From a virus (taxonomy: Duplodnaviria > Caudoviricetes): 64,000 nt of DNA. This document shows positions 56,357-64,000 of the stretch, in pieces; positions within the stretch are counted from its first letter, which is position 1; each line of letters begins with the position of its first letter. The stretch lies in the IMG/VR virus record IMGVR_UViG_3300029967_000162, positions 70,148-134,147 of that record. One strand, given 5' to 3'. The notes under the pieces were generated by a model. The model saw only the letters and a list, made by a program, of their open reading frames with translations. It was not told the DNA's origin and ran no database searches. Position numbers and translations under genes: made by a program.

Positions 56357-57007
56357 ATGAAGCTCAAAGACCAGAGCCAAGAGCTTGCAAAGATGGTAGA
56401 TCGGCTTGCTGCTCCACAAGCAACAGCTGACTTGAGTGATGCAATCCCTGAAGAGCTTGAAGAGCCAGAGCCCCTGTTCACGATCGACTACAAGAAGGAG
56501 ATGCGTGAAGCGGTGAAAAAGGCTCGCCGCTCTATCAAGACGATGCTCAAGACTATCATCCCAGCTGAGTACATAGATGATCCTTACATCACTGACAAGA
56601 TAGAGCAGGATGCAGAGTCACTTGGTCGACTGTACTACCAGCAGCACATCATAGAGAAAGTTGAAGAGGCAAACGTCAACGCAATTGGGAATGGAAACCT
56701 CTCTGCTAGGCTTTTTGAGACTTTCAACCAGACAGCAAAGTCGCACTCAGACCTTGCAAAGCAGATAAGTGACACACAGACTGCAATCCGCAAGTCATAC
56801 ATAGATGTGATACTTGATGTGAAAGCAAAGAGCAAGCTAGCTTCTAAGCCGTTGCTTGCTGGTGGAGCTGCTCCACTCCAAGTCACAGACAAGAGCACTG
56901 AGTTCTCTAGAGTGTTCGTTGGCACTAAAGACTTGGTGAAGAGCTTGCACATGAAGCGACCAGATGGAGCAACTCTACTCAAAGACAACCAAATAGAAGA
57001 GATATAA
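56357..57007 (+). CDS. hypothetical helical protein
   Basis: 216 aa, follows GATAAAT. Confidence 0.7.
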   Translation: MKLKDQSQELAKMVDRLAAPQATADLSDAIPEELEEPEPLFTIDYKKEMREAVKKARRSIKTMLKTIIPAEYIDDPYITDKIEQDAESLGRLYYQQHIIEKVEEANVNAIGNGNLSARLFETFNQTAKSHSDLAKQISDTQTAIRKSYIDVILDVKAKSKLASKPLLAGGAAPLQVTDKSTEFSRVFVGTKDLVKSLHMKRPDGATLLKDNQIEEI

Positions 57008-57014
57008 GATCAAT

Positions 57015-59258
57015 ATGGCATATAGATACAAATCAATGGCAAAGCAAGTAGAGCTTGGCAGAGACCAAAACATATTTGAGTCAGGTGATGCTTGGGACCT
57101 TGATACACAGCTCAACAACTTGAAAGAGACTTTCCAAAAGAAAGTCCTTGTGCGTGGAACTTCAGACTTAGACGGCATGTCTGACTTGTCTGATGAGACT
57201 GACTACCAATACAGGACACCAGGTGACCCAACTGTGTACCACTTGAACATCAAGAGGCTTGCACACATGATAGACAACACTCTCACAATGGCAAGGTCAC
57301 TCTCTGGCATATCTTTGATGGTAGAGTATTGGAACTCTCCAATCATCTGGACATTTGAATGCGGCACAGCTTGCACTGATGGCATCAGGATTGCATTCAA
57401 CCCTCTGTTTGCACAGCATTTGATTGGTGAAGATCCAACTACTGAGGCTAGAGAAGAGACCAAGGAAGAGTCTGATGACCCATTGACAAGCATGAAGAAA
57501 GTTATGCCACTTTTCTTCATCATCGTGCACGAGACATATCACCAAATCTACAGGCACCCACTTCGTGAGAAGCTGAAAGGTGTGCCAAGCTCTCTGCACA
57601 TGACTGCAAATGTTGCACAAGATGCAGAGATAAACCGAGACATTGAGAGCGACTATCCAGCGTTCTTCAAGGGGATGACTGACTACATCCATGGAATCAT
57701 TGGCACACCTGAGTACCCAAATCAAGAGTGGGAGTACATATATGACCAAATCTTAGAAGGCAAGTGGGATAGAGCAAATGAGTTCTTAGGCAACTTGCAA
57801 GATGAAGAGAAGCAGAGACAATCTGGGAAGAAACAGCAAGGTAAGGGACAGCAAGGACAATCCGGACAGGGGCAATCTGGTCAAGGTCAACAAGGCCAGT
57901 CTGGACAATCTGGACAAGGCGGTTCTCAAGGACAAGGACAACAAGGAGATGATGGTGTGCCAGAGCAGAGCTTTGGTGGCGGAGGAGCTAGCAGTTCACA
58001 ATCACAAGATAATCAATCTAATCAGCAAGGACAAGGAGGGCCACAAAGCCAAGGTCAAGGTGAACAAAGCCAATCTGGAGAACAAGGGAGCCAGCAAGGT
58101 CAAAGCGGAAGTGCTCAACAAGGAAGCCAACAATCTCAAGGTTCTGGTGTCGGCAATAGTGAGCAATCTGATGACTATAAGAAAGGCCAGATTGATGCAT
58201 ACAAAGATGCAATCAATGGAAAGCCTAAGTCTAAGTCTGGCAACGATGCTTATGAGAAAGGATACCAAGATGCAAAGGAGCAGATCAACAAAGCTAAAGA
58301 GAATGCTGGCAAGAGTGTGTATGATGAACAAGATCCATCAAGCTCTACATTTGGTGGTGATCGTGTAAGCAAAGAGCAGATGGACAAGCTCGCAGATGAT
58401 GCAGGACAATCATACAAGAATGACACAAGTGAGACTGATGCTGACAAGAAAGCCAAGGACTACATTAATGAGCACAGAGATGCGCTTGACAAGATAGGCA
58501 ATGGTTGAGGATCTCCATCAGGCAGCAAGAGTAGAAGCAGTGGCGCTGGCTCTATGAAGGAGCGATTGCGCAAGATTGATGACATGCTCAAGCCAAAGAT
58601 TAATTGGAAGTCTCGCCTTCGTCGAATCTTCAATGCAATGGTGCCAGCTGGCCAGAGATACCTTCGTTCTAAGCCACTCATCTCTCAAGATCGCATGGAC
58701 CGTTACAACATGGTCAAGCCACAAGAGTACAAGAAACGCGAAGGGATTGCCCAAGTGCTCTATCTTGTAGATGGAAGTGGCTCTATGTACATGAACACTG
58801 ACAAAGTCTTTGACTACATCATGTCTGAGATCATCAACCTTGAGAAGTCATGCCAAGTCAAGACATCTGCATTCACATACTTCACTTATGGTGTCCATTC
58901 AGAGAACCTCAAGCTTTGGCATGACACAACATCAAAGGCAAAGATCAAGGAGATGATTGCAAGCCAGCCAGAATCTGGTGGCACTGACATGGTCAAGAGC
59001 TTGTATGATGTGATGGCTCTTAAGAAGCCATACTTCAGCAAGCAAGAGCCAGGAACTGTCGTGATTATATTCACTGATGGTGAAGATGACTACAGCAAGA
59101 TGAAAGAGTTCCCATGGTCATTCCGGAAGAAGCTTATGTTCATTGTCATAACACCAGATGGAAACCATGATGCGGCTGAGAGATTGAAAGAAGGTGGCAT
59201 ACAAGACACTAACATCATGTACATCTCATCAGATGAAGTCTTGAGAAATGCAAAGTAA
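57015..59258 (+). CDS. DUF2201-like metallopeptidase + Q/G/S-rich linker + vWA domain; 1 TGA
   Basis: TACTDG, HETYH, NVAQDAEIN, VDGSGSM (MIDAS), GGTD, IFTDG. Confidence 0.8.
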
Positions 59259-59259
59259 G

Positions 59260-59865
59260 ATGACGCCGAAGAGAGTCTTGTTGTTCCCAGGTGGATTCAA
59301 GCCATTCCATGATGGACATTGGCTGAAGCTCAAGCAAGCATTGAGCTCACGAGTTGCTGACACTATAGAGATAGTCATGTCCAAGAAGAGTCGTGAAGGT
59401 GTCACAGCTAGGTCGACAATGTGGCTCTTGCAGCAGTCTGAGATCTTCAAGCAAGAGCCGATGCTCAAAGTCTCTGTCACTGATGAAGTGTCACCAGTTA
59501 GAGAGTGTTACAAAAGAGCATCAGAGAGTGATGGAAGCATTATCTATGCTATGCTTGATGCAGACAAAGATGATGCAAAGAGTTTGCCAAGGATCATTGC
59601 ATTCAACAATGCGTACCAAGAAGGTGGAAAGTACTATGATGGCATTGCAAAGACTTGGACATTAGACTTGCCAAGGAGCTCATTCGAGTCAGATGGCAGG
59701 ATGCTGAGTGCAACATATGTCAGGCAAGCTGTGAGAGACTTGGACTTTGGCATGTTCATAGACAGCTACTTATCTATGCTTGACGATCGAATCATCACAA
59801 TGCCACAGCTCAGATGCTATTGGTATGTGCTAGGCTGTGAGATGCAAGTGAATTGTGCAAAATAA
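59260..59865 (+). CDS. cytidyltransferase-like (HxGH) nucleotidyltransferase
   Basis: FPGGFKPFHDGH and LSATYVR. Confidence 0.75.
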   Translation: MTPKRVLLFPGGFKPFHDGHWLKLKQALSSRVADTIEIVMSKKSREGVTARSTMWLLQQSEIFKQEPMLKVSVTDEVSPVRECYKRASESDGSIIYAMLDADKDDAKSLPRIIAFNNAYQEGGKYYDGIAKTWTLDLPRSSFESDGRMLSATYVRQAVRDLDFGMFIDSYLSMLDDRIITMPQLRCYWYVLGCEMQVNCAK

Positions 59866-59916
59866 ATAGTTGAGCTGAAGATTGTTCAGCTTTAGTTTGA
59901 AACATACAATTAGACA

Positions 59917-61818
59917 ATGATTAATAGAACAAAGCGAATTCATGAGGATGCTTCGAATCCAGAATTCATAGATGTTGTGTTGAACATAACAAAGATGTCA
60001 GAGAAGTATGATGTTGACTTCAACAAGCTCTCTAGTGACTTGAGCAGCTATGCTGACAGTGTTGATGGCACAATTCGTGAAGATGGCCTTGTCATCATGC
60101 GAATCAAGCACATTGATGAGCAAGACCTTGAAGATGTGCTTGTTGACAAGTATGGCATGTCTCCAAGGGATGTGCATAGCTACATCTACTCTGAAGATGA
60201 TGAGCTTGAGGAGTGTGGAGACTTCGATATTGAAGAGTGTGGTGAGTTTGGCATAGATGAATGTGGTGATGAGTGTGAAGATGATGAGTTTAAGGTAGAG
60301 GAGTGTGGTGATGAGTTTTCTCTTGATGAAGGCATCAAGGTGCAGAACCCAAGGAAGCGTGGTGGGAACCCACGCAAGAAGCTTCATGAAGATCTTGATG
60401 AAGGAGACTTGACCCCAGTCACTGTGAAGCTCTATGCAATTGAAGATGCATATGGTCCAGATGTAAAAGATGCAGTGTATGATGTAATTGATAGGTCTAC
60501 ATATCCATTCAAGATCTATGCGCTCCGTAGAGGCAAAGTTGCTAGGTCATTGAAAGCTTTAGCTGATGAAGCATTCTACAATCTGCGTGATGAAGTCATT
60601 GCAGCAGGTGTTCCTGAAGAGGATGTTGACACAGTTGTGTATGATGGCTATATGAGTGAGTCTCTCAAGGCTCCAGCTCCAGTGCTCCAAGCTAAAGTTG
60701 ACAAGTCTGAAGCAGCTCTCAATGACATAATTGCTAAAGTCAAAGAAGAAGATCTTGATGAAGCAACTGCTAAGGCAGCTTGCAAGAAGCTTCACAAGGA
60801 AGTTAGCAATCTCAAGAACTATGGTGTAGATCCTAAGAGAGTTGCAGGCATCAAGTCGACGATTGCTAAACTTGCAAAGACCGACCCGTCTCTCAAGCAG
60901 ATTCTTGAAGGTGGAAGCTGTGAGCTCATCATTGCAAAGATGATGAAGAAGTCTAGGACTCTCCATGATGATGTCAAGCTCAATGGCAAGAAGATGTCTT
61001 CTATAAGCACAGTGTCTCTCAATGAAGCATTGAAGAAGATTGCTGAGATGATGAGAGAGCTCACTGGGAAGCTCAATGAGAGTGCTTCTCTTGCTGATGC
61101 AGAGAAAGTCGCTAAGCTCACCAAGCTTCGCAAGAGCATAATTGAAGAGATTGACTATCGCACTTATATGTTCAAGAAGCTCAATGAAGCTGAAGATGAA
61201 GCAGAAGCAAAAGATGAGGATGAGCCAAAGGAGACTAGTGCAAAGGCTATTCCAGAAGATGTAGAGAAAGATGAAGAAGTAGAGCTCTCTGAGATCGTGT
61301 TTACATTTAAGGATGACAAAGCAGCAGATGACTTCATTGAGGCTTGCAAAGATGCAGATATTCCAGAAGATGTATTTGCTAAGGAAGACCTTGAGGAAGA
61401 AAAGAGAGAAGATGACAAGAAAGAAGATGAAGCAGAAGATGAAGAGAAGAATGAATCTGCTAAGTCTTCTGGTGACAGCAAGCACCTCAATGAGGAAGGC
61501 GAAGATGAGGAATCATCTGAGGAAGATGCAGATTCTGAAGGTGATGATGCTTCTGACAATGAAGAAAATACAAAGAAAGATGATAAGCCTAAGGAAGTCA
61601 AAGTACGGCTTCTTGATGTAGACTACACTAGCAAGGTAATAGATGTGCTTGACTCTGTCTATGGAATCTCTAAAGAAGAGTTTGAGAAGATGATTGGTGG
61701 TGAGATTGTAGATGATGAGGAAGCTTCTTCTGATGAAGGCGAAGAGAAAGACAAAGAAAATGACGAGGAAGATGCAGAAGATGAAGTCTCCCCAGAAGAC
61801 ATCTTCAAAGACCTTTAA
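59917..61818 (+). CDS. highly acidic protein, possible prohead core/scaffold
   Basis: EECG repeats, many (I/L)xE motifs, E/D-rich C-terminus. Confidence 0.6.
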   Translation: MINRTKRIHEDASNPEFIDVVLNITKMSEKYDVDFNKLSSDLSSYADSVDGTIREDGLVIMRIKHIDEQDLEDVLVDKYGMSPRDVHSYIYSEDDELEECGDFDIEECGEFGIDECGDECEDDEFKVEECGDEFSLDEGIKVQNPRKRGGNPRKKLHEDLDEGDLTPVTVKLYAIEDAYGPDVKDAVYDVIDRSTYPFKIYALRRGKVARSLKALADEAFYNLRDEVIAAGVPEEDVDTVVYDGYMSESLKAPAPVLQAKVDKSEAALNDIIAKVKEEDLDEATAKAACKKLHKEVSNLKNYGVDPKRVAGIKSTIAKLAKTDPSLKQILEGGSCELIIAKMMKKSRTLHDDVKLNGKKMSSISTVSLNEALKKIAEMMRELTGKLNESASLADAEKVAKLTKLRKSIIEEIDYRTYMFKKLNEAEDEAEAKDEDEPKETSAKAIPEDVEKDEEVELSEIVFTFKDDKAADDFIEACKDADIPEDVFAKEDLEEEKREDDKKEDEAEDEEKNESAKSSGDSKHLNEEGEDEESSEEDADSEGDDASDNEENTKKDDKPKEVKVRLLDVDYTSKVIDVLDSVYGISKEEFEKMIGGEIVDDEEASSDEGEEKDKENDEEDAEDEVSPEDIFKDL

Positions 61819-62161
61819 TTGATAGCAACAGTGATGCAGAGCTGCCCAACAAACAAGACAAAGTTTGAAGTCAGGTCTAAGGAGTGCATCAACTGCAAAG
61901 TGAAATGCATGTTCCGTGAAGAGTTCATCAAGAATGCAAGTGTGGACAACATTCATGAAGATGTGAGTGATGCATATGTCAAGTATGAAGGTAAAGCTTT
62001 GTTAGGATAAGTTTCATTTGATTTTTTGATAAGTTTTCATTTTGTTTGTGGAGAGCCATGCTAGATTTTTAGCATGGCTCATTTTTTGCAAATTTCTTCA
62101 GAAATGTTTTCATGTTTCAAAAGTTTGTGTTATATTTGCATCAACAAAAAACACAAACAAC

Positions 62162-62623
62162 ATGAACAAGAAACTTAAAGCATTGATTTCAGGTGTCACA
62201 ATGCAGATGGATTGCCGTGAAGCCTACATGAACACAAAGTATGGGTGTAGCTATACCCCAGAGAAGATCTTCAAGGAGTTTCTCAACAAGTGCGGCGCAA
62301 TCATCAAGAACAAGATCGCCATTGGGTCTTACTGTGCAATCATTGACATTGACAAAGACATGAAGCCATACAGAGACAAAGTAGTCTCTTACTTCAAAGA
62401 CACTCTCAACTACAAAGTAGCATGCATAGATGCAGACATGCTGAACAAAGTGTCTGGTGGAGGAGAAGGATTTGATCCAGACACTGAATACATCTTCATA
62501 TCTTGGAAGCTTCCTACTTTAGTCTCTCTTGATGAAGAGAAGATTGAAGAGATGCTTGATGTGTCTCTTGGTGGCTCTCCTTCTAAAGTTGACAGTGCAA
62601 CCACTTCATATATAGAAGGATAA
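62162..62623 (+). CDS. hypothetical protein (likely early gene)
   Basis: Directly follows a TAnnTTTG promoter. Confidence 0.65.
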   Translation: MNKKLKALISGVTMQMDCREAYMNTKYGCSYTPEKIFKEFLNKCGAIIKNKIAIGSYCAIIDIDKDMKPYRDKVVSYFKDTLNYKVACIDADMLNKVSGGGEGFDPDTEYIFISWKLPTLVSLDEEKIEEMLDVSLGGSPSKVDSATTSYIEG

Positions 62624-62633
62624 CAAGATAGAT

Positions 62634-62719
62634 GCCTCAGTGGCGGAATTGACAGATGCGAAGGACTTAAAATCCTTTAGGCAGCATTGCTTGTGTGAGT
62701 TTGATCCTCACCTGAGGCA
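62634..62719 (+). tRNA. tRNA-Leu(TAA)
   Basis: gcctcag/ctgaggc; aagga-cttaaaa-tcctt; long variable arm. Confidence 0.88.
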
Positions 62720-62739
62720 CAACTATATTAAGAAATTAT

Positions 62740-63399
62740 ATGAAGATATCAGAAGCACAGATTGAGACCAACAAGCAGAGATTCATTGACATTCTCTCAT
62801 CTGTAGACAGACCAGGAATCCAAGAGCTCCTTGCTTGGCTTGAAAAGACAGACTTCTATGTGGCACCAAGCTCTGCAACATATCACAACAACTGCAAAGG
62901 TGGGCTTTGTGCACATAGCCTCAATGTATATGATGTAGCTAGGAAGCTAGAGAGTGAAGTCATGCCAATGAGCAACAAGACATGCCAGCACCAATACACT
63001 GAAGATGAGCTGAAAGTGTCATGCTTGTTGCATGACTTGTGCAAGATTGCTTTCTACGTGCCTAAAGAGAAAGTCTGGAAAGATGAGAGTGCACCTTATG
63101 GGCAGCAATGGAAGAAGTACCAAGGTTATGAGATAGTTGACAAGCTGCCGCTTGGCCATGGTGAGAAGAGTGTGATGATGGCACAGCAGTTCATCAAGTT
63201 GAGCCTCAATGAAATGGTTGCTATCAGATGGCACATGGGCGCGTTCAGTCCAGCAATCACTATAGACCCATATGAAAAGCCAGCATACAACCAAGCAATC
63301 AATGAATGGCCATTAGCAGTGCTTGTTGCATATGGTGACCAACTTGCATCAATGCTTGTTGAAGAGACTTATGACTTGAAAAGAGAAGGAGATGTATAA
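62740..63399 (+). CDS. HD-domain phosphohydrolase
   Basis: FYVAPSS...H...GGLCAHSLNV, LLHDLCK, GHGEKS, IRWHMG. Confidence 0.85.
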   Translation: MKISEAQIETNKQRFIDILSSVDRPGIQELLAWLEKTDFYVAPSSATYHNNCKGGLCAHSLNVYDVARKLESEVMPMSNKTCQHQYTEDELKVSCLLHDLCKIAFYVPKEKVWKDESAPYGQQWKKYQGYEIVDKLPLGHGEKSVMMAQQFIKLSLNEMVAIRWHMGAFSPAITIDPYEKPAYNQAINEWPLAVLVAYGDQLASMLVEETYDLKREGDV

Positions 63400-63413
63400 G
63401 CATCTCCTTCTCT

Positions 63414-64000
63414 TTATCTTTTGGTCTCTAAGATTGCAATTCGAGCTTCAAGTTCTCGAACTTTCTCTTGAAGCTTACCAACTGCAAGTGACAGTGTTGC
63501 ATTATAGTCAACATGCTTCATGTTGTCTTCTTCAGAGACAGAGACAAGTGAAGAGAGCCCTTGTGACTCAAGCTCTTGAGCGATGAAGCCATAAGACTTG
63601 AGAGAAGTGTCTTTCCACTTGAATGCAAACACTGATGGCTCTGGTGTTTGACTAGAGATTTGGTTGATCTCTGTCTTGAGTTTCTCATCAGAAGAGGCAT
63701 AGAAGGAAGAAGCCGTCATACTACCTGAGATAGAAACTGTATTTGTGAGGCTAATTGTTGTACTAGAAATTGAGATATTAGACCCACCAGTATATGAAGT
63801 AGTTGTACTGTCGCCTTTTGGGCCAGTAGGGCCTTGTGGGCCTTGGTATCCCTGCCTGCCTTGTGGTCCTTGTGGGCCAGTAGGGCCTTGACGGCCTTGG
63901 TATCCCTGCCTGCCTTGTGGTCCTTGTGGGCCAGTAGGGCCTTGACGGCCTTGGTATCCCTGCCTGCCTTGTGGTCCTTGTGGGCCAGTAGGGCCTTGTG
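63414..64000 (-). CDS. C-terminus of a collagen-repeat tail fibre with an intramolecular chaperone (peptidase S74) domain; partial
   Basis: [19 protein letters not shown], coiled-coil end; upstream Gly-X-Y repeats. Confidence 0.85.
   Translation of the reverse strand, partial: QGPTGPQGPQGRQGYQGRQGPTGPQGPQGRQGYQGRQGPTGPQGPQGRQGYQGPQGPTGPKGDSTTTSYTGGSNISISSTTISLTNTVSISGSMTASSFYASSDEKLKTEINQISSQTPEPSVFAFKWKDTSLKSYGFIAQELESQGLSSLVSVSEEDNMKHVDYNATLSLAVGKLQEKVRELEARIAILETKR
63820..64000. repeat. 54-bp tandem repeat encoding collagen triplets
   Basis: Unit recurs at 63841, 63895 and 63949. Confidence 0.9.

Overview
A gene-dense fragment of a large tailed (jumbo, T4-like myovirus-type) phage genome, probably infecting Bacteroidota. 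The host inference rests on TAnnTTTG promoters, fimbrillin and OmpA lipoproteins, and a DUF4494-like gene. The phage appears to read TGA as Trp (genetic code 4): by manual count about 40 in-frame TGA codons split about 23 otherwise continuous genes, and the genes called here end in TAA or TAG. The supplied code-11 ORF track is therefore fragmented, and CDS coordinates below are re-joined through TGA. Contents: (1) virion and packaging genes (terminase, tail completion, baseplate, tube-like, tape measure, collagen fibre); (2) RecA/UvsX with a mini-intein; (3) DnaK interrupted by a group I intron carrying an endonuclease, plus DnaJ, an S1-domain protein and OmpA; (4) a four-gene fimbrillin (type V pilus-like) lipoprotein operon; (5) glycosyltransferase-like genes; (6) an IS200/IS605 element with an orphan copy of its left end, and an IS607 element; (7) seven tRNAs, several atypical, including a tRNA-Pro with a 77-nt insertion holding a tRNA-like minihelix; (8) candidate structured ncRNAs and a palindromic origin-like region. 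All protein family calls come from motif recognition by eye; no searches were run.
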